From assembly GCF_052425735.1 (NCBI RefSeq), contig NC_135761.1, positions 17,236,001-17,300,000 of the forward strand: a DNA stretch of 64,000 nt, read 5' to 3'. Shown piece after piece: positions 25,200 to 38,900 of the stretch. This DNA is from Oculina patagonica (Eukaryota). The notes beneath the pieces are model-generated. The model had not been told where the DNA came from. It saw nothing but the letters and a program-made list of their open reading frames with translations, and searched no databases. How positions within the stretch are numbered: the first letter of the stretch is position 1; every line of letters starts with the position of its first letter. The translations under genes were made by a program, and so were the position numbers.

Positions 25200-27360
25200 A
25201 CCTTCCTATTTATATCGATAATTAGAGGGAATTTAACAAGTTTAGCTCTGCATGCAATATTGGATGCCTTCTTATTTAATTCTTAGCATCGTTTATAATT
25301 GTGGAAAGGTCCCACGACTTAAAGACTGATTTCACAAAGGCACCCCAAACTTCACTGTTGTAGGTTAAGATAGGTAAGATCTTTGAGTCAAAACTTTACA
25401 TGTTATTAAAGGTTTCAGTTTATTGAAATCCATATGCCGTCTTACACTAAAGAAAGCATGAAGAGATTTTTGTCGTAGGTGTTCAAGTGAGAGTGTAAAA
25501 TTTCCTGAAGATGAGATGCGAGTACCTAAATAGGTATAGTCTTGATCAGAACGATGTCTATTTTTTCATTGCCTACGTGAAAACTAAATCATATCGTTTT
25601 GTACGTTGTTGAAAAATCATTATTTTGGTTTTCTTAGGATTTATGTTTAGCATCCAAGAGTTGCAATATGAAGATAGCTTGTTAAGACAATTTTGCCATC
25701 CTAGTTTTGATCGTGATAAAATAATTAGTCGTCTGCATAAAAACGGGAGTTGAGTTTGGTGCCATTGGCAGTATTTTACGGATCGGATAGAACATTGTTA
25801 AAAGAAAAAGCTAAATCGTTGACGTATAGGTTACAGAGCAAAGGACTTAAAATACAGTCTTGGCGTACACCCGGCTTGCTTACCAGAAAGGGCACGTTCT
25901 GTTATATCCAATTCTTATAGAGGAGATAGAGTTCGAGTATAAGCTTTTAATTAAATTATAAAAATTTCCTCGGACATTAATTTGTAACAGCTTGTCAGAT
26001 AGAAGTCCATCGTGCCATACCGAATCAAATGCTTTTCTAAAGTCGACAAAAAACGCATATACTTTCGTTTGATGATAATTGACACACTTATCTATTAATG
26101 TTCGTAGCGTAAAAACATTTTTTTTTTTATTTTATTTTATTTTATTGATAGTCAACACTTTACAAAATTAGAGGATAAGATTTAACCTACACTTATGTGC
26201 AATAGAATATAACTGTACAATTTAGTTTCTCAAGGTTTTTTTTTTTTTTTTTTTTTTTTTACACCGTATATTAAAACATACAAAATTATAGGTACAACAG
26301 GAGTAATTACTTTACCTTACCTAACTTATTACTTAACTTTACTTATTCTAGACGTTTTCTCAAATGCTTTCCATTTTTTGTTGAACACGTTAATCTGATT
26401 TGTCTTAAAAGCGATATATTTTTCAGTTTCGTATTTCATTTCTAAAATTTGTTTGAAGTGATCAAAGTTGGGTTTAATTCCTTTTCGTTTACAGGTCCAA
26501 AGATACGTTTTTCCTAAAATTATTATATAGTTTACCAAGTCCATTCCTCCCTTCTTCAGAATTCCAATAATAACATCACGTAACAAGAGTCATCCGCAAA
26601 GACTTTGAAAAAGTGCATTCAAACAAAAAGTGATTGATAGTTTCTCGACTCACTTGACAAAAAGTACAGTTAGGATTTGTTACGTAGCCTATTTTAAACA
26701 GGCGGTCATTTGAAAAGAGAATAGAATTTAACACCTTGTATTGAAAGGAGCGTACATAAGGTTCGCTTGCTACCCTCAAAGGTAGAAGGTATGCCCATGA
26801 AATTTGATCTTCTCTCAAATCAAATTCTACACCGAGTTTATCCCATTTGCTAGGTTTTTCATATTTGAGTTTTATTAATTGACAATAGTAATTTCGACAT
26901 TTATAATTTTCTATATCAATAACTTCCTTAGAGCTAGGCACATTGCCACGTAGGTTCAGTGGGACAGATTGTCTTAGACCAGTCCAAACTAAAAAATTTG
27001 TATTTGATAAACCTTGTATTTTCATGGTACTGAAAGACTCAGTGTTTGTCTTATCAAAAAGCAGGTCCTTTGTAAAAACAACACCATTATTAAAGTAATG
27101 CCTATAAAAAATAGTCCTGCCCTCAATCAAAATTTCTTTATTATTCCATAAAATATATTTGTAACCTCTGTCAGGGTCTGCGCTTTCTCTTAATTCAGAC
27201 CACCATGATAAAAGTTCAAGGTAAAAGGTTGATGAAAGAAAAAACATGGTCTGCTGTTCGATTATTTGCTAAAACCCAATTTAAGATTTATGAGGTTTCT
27301 CAAGTGACTGGACGTGTTCAAGTAGTATTTGGTTGATAATTGAACAAAATAATTTTCCAA
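25200..27360 (-). mobile_element. Degenerate non-LTR retrotransposon RT (RTE-X-like), host of the Tx1 insertion
   Basis: Minus strand RTADHVF (about 27260-27240) resumes as TLRTLIDK...FVDFRKAFDSVWHDGL...GVRQDCILSP...NDL...ADD (26115-25720), with stops and frameshifts. Confidence 0.75.
26119..27239 (-). mobile_element. 5'-truncated L1/Tx1-clade LINE with poly(A) tail
   Basis: ILWNNKEILI, FQYKVLNSIL, zinc knuckle CTFC....ETINHFLFEC; frameshift near 26590; T-runs at 26119-26145; short flanking repeat AAAAACAT. Confidence 0.85.
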
Positions 27361-29105
27361 GACAGTCAGTCAGTTACTTAGTTACTTAGGCAGTCATTTA
27401 ATTTACCAGTTACTCAAACACTTAGCCAGTTAAACTATTCTGTGTATTTTTGCGCTTTTTTAGTATGACCCTATGTATTATGAAAAAAAAAAAACAGTTA
27501 TCATACCAAGAGGGTCTGAATGGGGGCACCTCGATAACACTAAACACTTTTTGGGTCTGTAACAGTAAAAAAATTCACTGCAGCAGTAAATTTTATCCAG
27601 AAAGAAACAAAAACGGCTCCAAAAGGCCAATACTATTTTGTTTAATAGCATAATTATCAAGAAGTTTTCGATCATTTCGGAAGATTTTCGAAGACTTCAG
27701 AAGATATCCGAAGAATATTGAAGATTTCCGAAGACTACCAAAGATATATTTTCGACAAGAAATCCGAAAAATTTCTCTTAGATCATGAGTGTTTTTATTA
27801 ACGCTTTTCGAAGAGAAGATAAGAATTTGCAATGCAAAAATACTAATACTGCCAAACACTTAACAGTATTTTCTCTGGAAACAGTAAACATTAAAACATT
27901 AGTCAATCTAACAGTAAACACTAAACATTATGGGCAAATAACACTAAACACTAAACCCCATTTAGACCCTGCTTTAAGATTGTTATACAATAGCTCTTCC
28001 CCTTACCTGCGTAACTATCTGTATGTAAGTACTGACGTACACCTGTTCCTAAAGCAATCACTAGTCGACTATTATTAGCTTGAGTCCTGACCCCAACCTG
28101 AGCACCTTCTGCCGACTTGTGTGAACCAGTAATGTCTACAAACCGTTGGGTGCTTTAGTTTTAAGGAATTTTTTGACAAACAGGAAGTCTTAATAACTTG
28201 CGATTTTCATTTGAAATAACCAACAGAAAATAGAGGCGTTCACAAACGAGCTTTTAACGTTGAAAAAGCAAACCACTTAAAAAAGGAAAACGGATTTCCG
28301 GCTCTTGCTGACGTAGATCTTTTATTTTCGATACAAAACAAACTAAAAATAATCATCGATTGATTGCTTTTTGAAATCGTGATAGCTCAGATAGCTCTTA
28401 TGCAAATCATAGTGTCACTAAAGTTATTAGCAATAAACACGTGATGAAGCAGAACATTATCAGATCACGGTTAAATTAAAAATCACAACAACTATAGTAT
28501 TGTATACTGCCTGGCTATCGTACATTTTTCCCATGCAGATCTTTTTCTTATAAGAGATTTATACCAATCAATACTTAAAGACCAATATTAAACCTTGAAC
28601 GAACCTTTCTGGTAAACAGGACGTTGATACACTTTGCTTGTTTTACAACTGGCGGAAAGCGGGTTCATTGCATTAGAACAAAGAAACTTGGAAGGAAGTC
28701 ATACCGCAGGTGCACTGGAAGGAATAGCAGAAAACACGAGCCTTTAACTTTTCCTCTGTAGAATAACACCTCGCTCAAGAGCAAACCATGGCTTACACTA
28801 CTGACACTAGAGCTTCTAGTTAGTCATTTGATTATTCCCCTCATTCCATTTGCAACTGTACTAATCACAGTTTTTGAACTAAGAAATCCGGTTTGCCTGA
28901 ACTGATGGTTTACAACACAAAATTGCATTTTAATAGTTACGTCCCTGACTATCGGCGTGCTTTGCTGCGACGCAAACACAGTTATTATCGTCAGAGTGAG
29001 ATTCAAGCTATCATGTTAACACACCCTTCACTTTCATATAAAATAAATAATATCATCTAAGTGTCATGATCGTATTTTAGCGCTTTCGTGCAAATTGAAG
29101 GTAGG

Positions 29106-29249
29106 TTAAAGCCTGGTTCTCATATGATCGTCCCGATCATCTCTCGCTTCTGTCGCTTCAAAAAGTTTGCTTGCTCCAATCACCTCAGACTTTGTAAACG
29201 ACAGAAGCGACAGAGACGATCGGGGCGATCATATGAGAACCAGCCTTAA
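29106..29249. mobile_element. Hairpin MITE (Harbinger-like); mirror copy at 40801-40943
   Basis: TIR CTGGTTCTCATATGATCG.CCCGATC. Confidence 0.7.
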
Positions 29250-29419
29250 GTCTGCGTTCGACCCTAGTTCAGCCATCAGACCAGAGCCCATCCCGGTTCC
29301 CGTAACCTGAAGCGACTAGGAGTATTTCTACTCCCCACACCCCTTCCCTGGATGGACTGATGGTCCATCACAGGTTTATAATTAATTCGCTAGTACGTAT
29401 TTATTCACGTGTATTGAGA

Positions 29420-30430
29420 GATAACCAACTGCACGAAATCATCTCTGCTGTTAACGATGATCTTAAAGAAATTTCAAGTTGGTGCTGTAGAAATTCCCTG
29501 CTCATCAATCCTGATAAAACAAAACTTCTGTTTGTGGGAGTCCCACAACTCATGAGGACTTTACCTGCCACTCTACCATCCGCGACATTATTAGGAACAG
29601 AAATCAAGCCAGTAACTGTTGCAAAGGATTTAGGAGTGTATATTGACTCCCATCTGAATTATAATGAACATATCACTAAAACCGTTTCAGACTGCATTCA
29701 TAAACTAACTAGAGTTAACAGGATAAAGCACCTTTTGGACCAGAAAACCCTGATCTTTCTCATAAATGCCTTTGTATTTAGCAAGTTGTTCTATTGTTCG
29801 ACGGTTTGGAGTAACACAACCAAAGCGAATGTGGGAAAACTCCAGTCAGTTCAAAACTATGCTTGTAGGATCGTAGCTGGCTTAAGAAAGGACGATCACA
29901 TTTCAGGGACCCTGAAATCCCTTCAATGGCTTAGTGTAAAAGATAAATTGCTTTTTAACGACCTAGTAATGGTAAGGAAATGTTTAAATAATGCCACTCC
30001 AAGCTATCTTCGTTTTCAGCGACGTTCAATAACACACACACGTAACACCAGGCAGAAAAACGATCTTGAGCTGCCGAAGTGTAGACTAAAGACAGGGCAG
30101 AGATCTTTTGCCTACCGTGGAGCGAAGCTCTTTAATAACTTGCCTAAGAACATTAGAGAGACAAATGACCTGAACCTTTTTAAAAAGAGAATTTTTAAAC
30201 ATATTTTAAATTTGTAAATGCCCCTTTAACTGTAATGTATATAATTTTAATTGCAAATTTTTTATTTCAACTATACCCCTTTTTTTTCTGATTTTTTTTT
30301 TTTTTTTCTTTTTTCTTCTTTATTGTAAATATTTTTATCTTTTATCTTTTTAATTTCTGTATGGCGGAAGAGCCCCCAAGGGGGAGCTATGCAATAAAGT
30401 ATGTATGTATGTATGTATGTATGTATGTAT
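29420..30430 (+). mobile_element. 5'-truncated L2-type LINE (3' part of ORF2)
   Basis: LLINPDKTK, KDLGVYID, YCSTVWS, LQSVQNYACRIV, DHIS, GQRSFAYRGAKLFN; AATAAA followed by a (TATG)n tail at about 30398-30430. Confidence 0.92.
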
Positions 30431-32982
30431 TTATACACCTGTGCTTATTGAGGACACTATACTCACAGAAGACATAACATGGGAAAAGTGGTTGTTTTGC
30501 TTCTACGAGGTTGCATTCTGATAAATAGAAACTATAACTACAACTAGATACAGTTACTAATAACGGTCAACAGTGCGTAGCATGAAAATTCCGTATTGAT
30601 AGTTTGTGGGACTAACACGATCTAGTTTAGTTCGTATATATTTTACTAAAATCTAAAGCGGTATTAGTCGAAGACTCAGTTTAGGCAGATCGTTGCTTTT
30701 CTTTGTAATTTGAACGGAATTTGGTCCAAAACTTGTTTATGTGACCTCAAAAACGTACACTAGGCTTTAATTTTAACAAAATCGTTAGTAGAACCAGTAG
30801 AACGTAAAATAAACGCTGTGCAACACAACAATCTACAGTCCAAAAAGTGTATTCCATTGTGCACCTGTGTCATAACTTTAGTAAATAATAAAAAAGACGT
30901 GTTTGTAAGTCACTTCAGCTGTGAATCTCTTACAAACCGACAGAATAGCTTCTCGTTTTAATATCTGATGCTTCTGTATGTTGCGAAGTCAGTTTCAATA
31001 CCGGAAATAAAGGTTCCGCTTCGGAATCCATGCATGTAACCAGTTTCCGTCCCTAATAATTACACCCCGAGGAAATCGTTGATCACGCCATGGCAAATTT
31101 TACGAATTTGATTACTACATAGCTGTACGACTTAACATTTCATGTTAAAACTACAATAGCACATAAGTCCTGAACTTTGTTCATTTTTTTGTTAGTAAAG
31201 CAACTAGCTGTAGAACGACTTCCCGTGTAGGCAAAATAACATGTTTCTTTGTTGGCATGCAATGAGCCCTGTTTCCGCCGGTAACAACTTAAACTAGCTA
31301 TGTCTCACGACATTTTAATGCTTTAAGATACTTTTCTAATGTATCTACTTTCAAATTGAAGGAAAACTCGAAAAACTATGGTTTCTTGAGGTAGAAAACA
31401 CTAAGAAGTAACAACAAAATGAAGATAAATGTGGATGGTTTCGACTGACGTAGCTCCTTACACAGGTTTCATCCGGTTTTGTGTTTAAGCAAACCTATGA
31501 TCTAAAAAGAGCAAAAAAAATCTGTAGTTGTTGTATTTGACTTTTCTAAAGGCAGATTAACTTTCTTTTGAACCAAAACCGTGATTTGTGGTTAAATATC
31601 ATTTTGCCTTTTTATAATTATTTGTGTAAGCAGACAGGGAGTGGCTTTAAGTACGTTAGTGCCGATTGTCTTACTTTAGTGACACTTCACGCAAAACACT
31701 GTGTACTTGAAATGAAGCTTTTCGTTTTCTGTTGTGACATGAAAGTGCTGGGGTCAACTTACTTCTACATTTGAAGCGGAAAAATTTTACATCCGTTGTG
31801 TACAATGGAACAAATGATTCGTTTCGCCCAGATCAGAAGTCCAAATAGTTAGCGTGTTTTTTATTGTTTAGCTCCAACAAACATCAGAGAGTTAAGACTT
31901 CCTGTAAACTAAACATACCTGACTGCTACTGTCACTGTTTCGTTTACTCGTAATTGACCAAGTAATTCGGTCGATCTTAAGCAAGTAAGCACTTACATTT
32001 ACTGGTACGAGCTGGAAAAACAGGTGTTCATTTATAGGACAGTGACGGTAGGTAAGTTATTATGCTGTTAAAATTACTGAAAAATTGTTTCTCTTAGATG
32101 GACACCGTCGGGACCGGCTCCAACTGTCCGTCTTAGAGAGGTGACCGTCCTACAGGGAGATTAGTTACAGTAAAATAAATGAAAAAAGGCAAGGAGGGGA
32201 CCAACATGAGATTTCCGTCTTGTGGAGATGCCCGTTAAGAAACAGTTGACTTATATAAACCTATGAATGCATTGTTACGACCGTATACACCTGTTGAAAC
32301 AATAAATATATCTAACAGCTCTCTTGCGTGTCAAACAAATAACTGGAACATGAAACGGACGTTCTATAACACCCCTAGACTTGCTCCAAGTCGACCTCGT
32401 ATAAATTATAGCGAGCGATAAGATAGCAAAACCTCGTATGATATGATAGTGAACACACCAAGTACACTCGAGAAACCAAACAGAAAAACTGAACACCTCA
32501 TTTTACACAAGCTGAATTTTAAGCTCTTACTTGAGGTTTTATTATTTAAATATCAGTAAGCAACTTTTTCTGCGTATTCCAAACGAACATACATTTATCG
32601 TTGTCGTGTTACATCTTACGACTCTAAAAAAGCTCATACCGCTCAGGTATTCTTCCTAAGACTCCACTATGCTGGACAAACGTAACTCAAACATACAGCT
32701 TCACTGAACAAATTGCACCATTTCTAAATGTTGCTAAGTTGTTTGCGGCCCTGAATCAAAGGAAAAGCGAGGTAGGTCATGTTAGTTTAGTGTTCATAGT
32801 GGCATGTGAATTTGTGGAAAGCTAGAGCAACTATTTGCGAAAGTCCTTTACTGCGTTTAAGAAAGGTTTCTTGCTGTACCGCAAGTCAATTCAGCCGTCT
32901 TCATTACATTCCGAGCACACAAGTCTAGTCTTTAATACTTATCCATTTTGTGATTACATCTGTTTACAGGGAAAAGGATTGA

Positions 32983-35900
32983 ATGATGTTGGTTTTATTC
33001 GCCTATATTGGCCTTTTCGCTGCAAGGGTCTACGCTAATGAATGCCCACTAACAGGTATCAGTGCTTTGTACTCCAGTATGATCTTCTGACTCTTCCCCA
33101 TGCGCATGTGTAGATGGCTTGCATTACAAACTATATATGAGGAATTTACTCTTCTACGGTCTTGCTTGGGGGCAAACAGGGCAAAAGGTACAGTAAATGT
33201 ATGGGAAAGTGAAGAATCTAATGTCGAATAATTCACGGAAAATTCTAATTCCGAAATAACTTTTAATTACAAACTCAAGATTTCGGGTAAAAGATTTTAT
33301 TGATCAAATTTAGAGAATGTATTCTCGCAGGAAAGCCGCAAATATAATTTTCCCATTTTTACATACATTTGTCTGAAATCCGAGTCGTCGTTTGCGCGGA
33401 AAATTATAAACATATTTGTATGAAAAACTAAAAAATGTCATGTCTCGCTCCCCGCTTCCTTCAAATTCGATCAGTACCTTGTAATTAATAGGAAATGCAG
33501 AATGCAAATTTTTAGTCCTGATACATGTATAATTGGGCATCGAACTCCTCGCTTTTCCCATATACATTTAATGAAAAATTTGCCTGTGTGCGCCCCAAAT
33601 GCAACCAAGATCGATGGCGGCAAAAATCGTTGAAGGGTCTATTGGTCGTAGTGCTTTGGTTACATATTCTTGATAATGTCATGACATAGCGTTCTATATT
33701 CCACTGTTCCACAGACTATGCCCTCGAGTTCCCAAACAAGGATGTAACAGATTACGTGCACATCTGGGGGATGCCCAATTTGACAGAGTTCACCGTGTGT
33801 TTCTGGATGAAGTCGAGTGATAATGATCATGGTACACCATTCAGCTACGCTGTACTAGATCAATCGAATGAACTTCTGATCATAGGCTACGACAGCTTTA
33901 ACGTCAGGATTGGAAACACTTTAAGGTAAGTTCCACCAATTGGAGTGGTTTTCTAATGACTTAATCAGCAAGCGTCTTCTCGCAAATTCTTGTTTGAGAA
34001 ATAAGGTGCAAGCCCCAAAGCAACCTTAACTTGTTTGTTTATGGATGAAATCGAATAATTCCAGTGAGAGTACACCATTTAATTATGCTGTACCAGAACA
34101 ACACAAAACAAGGCAGTATGTTCATTATGACAAAAATAATGAGAGCAAAAACAATCGAACAAATCAAATTACCTTCATTTGCAAGGCCAGCTTTGAACTG
34201 CAAGCCATTGTAAGAGCGATTTTCCAATATTGACATTCGATGGTTCCTGAACACTTTCAGAGCTTATTGCTCCAGCACCTCCCTTACGGACCAACAGTAG
34301 CTCCTATCATTTGATAGCCAAGTCAGACTTATTATTTCGCTTATGCTTGCAACGGTTTGGGTCAGCCGAGAATACTTCCATGTCTTCGTTTCGTTTTCTA
34401 AATAGTAAAACTCGGTTTTTGAAAACAATATATAGTTAACTGATTACGTGATTTAAATTGAAGGCTATTTTGTTGGCCAGAAAATCAGTTTAACAACTTG
34501 TTCTTTTTAAAATTTAATTTCATTTTTTCATGGTTAGCTGTAATCGTTAGCTTAATCAGACTACAGCCAGGAAAGACAAATGCTAGGACCAGAAAAAGCT
34601 ATTGGCCTTGTTGTTTAAAGACTAGGCATATCACTCTCAAGAGATCGTGCCAAGAATTAAAAAAAAAAAACACTCCGCAGAGATGAAAAAAGGAAATGGT
34701 CATAGAAACAGGTTACATCTTCGTGTATTGACTCCAAATTTAGCTACGGCTGTGATAATTTTGTGACAATGCTTTTAAAAATAATTGAGAGTTCTTTTGG
34801 ACTGACAGGGAAACACCTGTCCTAGTTCTATTACCTAACCTTGCCTGCTGGAGTAAACAGTAATGCCACATCACTTTTCTTTCATAAGACAGAGAACTGT
34901 CCGTATCAGCTAATGACGGATATTGGCATCACATTTGCGCATCCTGGGAAAACACCGCTGGATCTTTGAGCTTCTACAAAGATGGTGTCTTGTCTGCAAA
35001 CCATACAAACTTCAAGACAGGATACATGATAAGATCTGGAGGATCGCTGGTGCTGGGTCAAGACCAAGATTCACTTGCTGGTGGCTTTCAAAGGTCACAG
35101 TCATTTCAGGGATTGATGACTAATCTTAATGTGTGGGATTACGTTCTTTGCCAAAATGACATCGCACGGATTTCCAAAGCATGTCTGCATGAGGAACCAG
35201 GTACCGTGTACTTCTCTTCTTCTTCTTCTTCTTCTTCTTCTTCTTCTTCTTCTTCTTCTTCTTCTTCTTCTTCTTCTTCTTCTTCTTTTTTACCCTAGGT
35301 CTTCTCAGTGAGAATAGGGCCATTCATTTGCTTCTTCCATTCCAGTCTGTCTCTTGCAACGTTGACTACTTCTGCGGCGCCCAGGTGGCAAAACCCATCT
35401 TCTGTCTTTCTCCCTCCACAGGTACCGTGTACAAGTGGACAGATTTGAAGCACGGTGTTAAAGGCAAGCCCCGAGTTCTTGTTCCATCACCTTGTGTTTC
35501 ACAAGGTTAGTAGTTCCTGTTCTACGATTGCATGAGTATCAGCCCCAAATTAAACAAACAGCGCATGTAGGCCATTAAACAGGGTCAGCAAGGGGGGAAG
35601 TGGTATACCAATATACCTTCCCGGGGGGGGGTACTCCCTATAATGGCCTATACGGGGAGGCTCCGCCCGAAAGGGGTACCTTTTTCAGGCTTCAGGTATA
35701 TAAAAGGGTAGGGATTTCACGCGTTTAAGTATATGAAAGGGTATGGAAATATGTCATTTGGCTATTTAAAAGGGCCTTTAATTAATATATTTTAAACATA
35801 CGCAATTCATGGCTGTATTATTTTAATTTATTAAGCGCTACATAAAAATGACAAGAAAACGTCCTATTTTAAGTCCATGCCATGTCTCTTAGGTATATGA

Positions 35901-38900
35901 AAGGGGTACCTTTTTTCAGTTAAAGGTATACGAAAGGGGTACAATTCGTATCGTGTGGTGCCGATACTATGCTTTGTATAATAGATTAATTCTATGGAAT
36001 AAGAGTGTGTATCTGCTCCAGTGAAACTAATAAGAAATACTTTTATATGCGCTTCTTTGTCTGTTTCAATATCGTGAAAATGCATGGGGTTTGTGCCTTT
36101 TCAAGTTAAATTAAAGATTCCACACATTATCGCTAGTCGAAGGATCGAATGCTGTGTTTCAGAAACTTGTTTACTTCAGCTAGCTAACCTTATCTTTGCG
36201 ACTTCAGATAATACCACCATAACGCCAAATTCAAAGGCCACCTTCATCTCGAGTTTAGTCAGTTTATCAGAAAGTGATGCAGTGGATGCTTGTTCTGTGG
36301 ATACTTGTTCTGGTAACGATGAGAGTTCCCTTATGTCAGGTACGTCGCAGCTATGTGTGAAATGCAAGAAAATAACAAAGATGGTGAGTCTCTCATGGCT
36401 CAGTAGGTTAGAGCACCCATCCGGTATCTGGGAGGCTATGGGTTCGATTCCCGTCGGGGATCGGACTCGGATTTTTTCTTTGTCCCATGCTCGTGTCATT
36501 GTTGAACAATTCGTCTTCATTGTTAAATGTTTTTAGAAATCTAATTTAAATTCTTGCTTTACGTATACGGTTTTACAGTGAACATTTCTTCCAAAGGCTC
36601 CTGAAAAAGCGAAGAAAACATGAACTTAGAAAGTCAATAGATCCTTCATTTCCTATTTCTATCCTATTGACAATGTTGAGCGACTTTGGTCAGCTTATAA
36701 TTACCACAGCCGGAGGAGGATGGGGAGGGACACAAGACACGCAAGTGCTGCAAGAATATATATGTTATGACATTTTTAGATGAAAGATGCTAGCCTAAGA
36801 AAACGTTACAGACAGGTGACCATCTTGACCACTTACATTAGGCTGGGCTTTACTGTGTAACTATGCATGAATCGCCGTGTCCACATGGATATGGTTGGTA
36901 TGCATTGGGAATGTTTCCTTGTGTCACATTGTAGACCTCTGCTCTGCTTTTCGATGGACGGTGGAAGGGAGGGAGTTAGTCTACTGCTTGTTTCTCACCT
37001 CATTCGAATTCTCTCTTTCATTCCACACTCCTCTTACAGACTATGCACTCGAGTTCCCGAACAAGGATGTGGCAGATTACGTGCACATCTGGGGGATGCC
37101 CAATTTGACAGAGTTCACCGTGTGTTTCTGGATGAAGTCAAGTGACCCTGGTCACGGTACACCATTAAGCTACGCTGTACCAGATCAATCGAATGAACTT
37201 CTGATCATAGGCTACGACAGCTTTAACGTCAGGATCGGAAACACTTTAAGGTAAGTTCCACCAATTGGAGTGGTTTTCTAATTACTTAATCAGCAAGCAA
37301 CCCCCGAGCTCAATAATTAATTCACAAAAAATAGTCAAATGTAACTACGTGTATTATTTATGATCAAGTCAAAGTTTTTCTTTTTTTAGGTATAAAGAGA
37401 TACCCCCAAAAGCAAACTTAATTGTTCTAACACTACGATTCGACTAGTCATGTTTCAGGTTTCAGGCATTTCTTTTTCTGGTTGTTCCCTCGCATTAAAT
37501 AATGCATGAAGACTAGACACAACACAATTTGTAGTGGAATTATCTTAATTATTAACTATAAAACTTAGTTACAGAGATGTCGTGGGTTAGGACGAGCGCT
37601 TTTCATCGAATTGTTCCCGCTCACAGTCACACCTCTTTTCCCTATTCTTATTTACTACACTGCAGCCTTTGGAATAAATAGGCAAATGCACTGATATCAC
37701 TTCTCCTTTGATACAACAGAGAACTGTCAGTGTCTGCTAATGACAACAAATGGCATCACATCTGTTTAACATGGGAAAATACTGGTGGTTCGTTGAAATT
37801 CTACAAAGATAGCGTCCTGTCTGCAAATTACACTGATTTCAAGACAGGATACACGATAAGATCTGGAGGATCGCTGGTTTTAGGTCAAGACCAAGATTCA
37901 CTCGCTGGTGGCTTTCAAAGCGAACAGTCATTTCAGGGATTGATAACTAATCTTAATGTGTGGGATTACGTTCTCTGCCCAGCTGCAATCTCGCGAATGT
38001 CCAAAGCCTGTCTGTCCCAGGAGCCCGGTATCGTATACAAGTGGTCAGATTTGAAGCATGCCCGTAAAGGCAAGCCCCGAGTTCTTATCCCATCTCCTTG
38101 TGATCCACTTGGTAAGTCACTTGTTCGCCGTAATGGCCATGCTGCATCCCCCAACCAAATTTGATAATCTAAGGGCGACCATAACCTTCCTCACTCAGAA
38201 TGAGAAGCTAGTTTTAAAGGCCTAAGTTCTAAGCGAACGATTACTGCGTCGGAACGAAACATCAGATCCAGAAATCTAAGTTCGAGGCTTTAAGGGTACT
38301 TGCGTTGTGTTATGCTCCTGAGAAAACACGTCAATCTTACAGTCTCTCTCGACGTTTGTGCTCGATAAGTTAGTAGCAGCAAATTGGTGGGACAAGCTAG
38401 CATATTTCAAGAAGACACTACAAAAAATATAAACGTATCTGTTTCATGATTTCTACGATTTCAGACGAGACGACTACAGCTACCACCACTGTCATTTCAA
38501 CTAGTACAACGGCTACAATACAAAGCCAGTCAGAAACTCCCACGTCTTTGGTAGACGCGCCAACAACTTCTGCAATAGGTTCAACGGCATCTACTGTTAC
38601 AAGTATAACGGCACCAAGTACTACAACAGATGCAGCTAGAGCAACAACTACAGCAGATGCAGTAGGAGCAACTACCACAGTAGATGCAGAAGGATCCGGG
38701 GAAACTACCACAGCAGTTGCAGAAGGATCCGCAGCAACTACCACAGCCGATGCAGGAGGAGCGACTACCAGAGTGGATGCAGGAGGAGCGACTACCACAG
38801 CAGATGCAGGAGGAGCAACTACCACAGCAGATGCAGTAGGAGCGACTACCACAGCAGATGCAGGAGGAGCAACTACCACAGCAGATGCAGTAGGAGCGAC

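Noticed and set aside
35126-35323. Poly-Lys, poly-Leu and poly-Ser ORFs
   Set aside because: Translations of the (AAG)n LINE tail.
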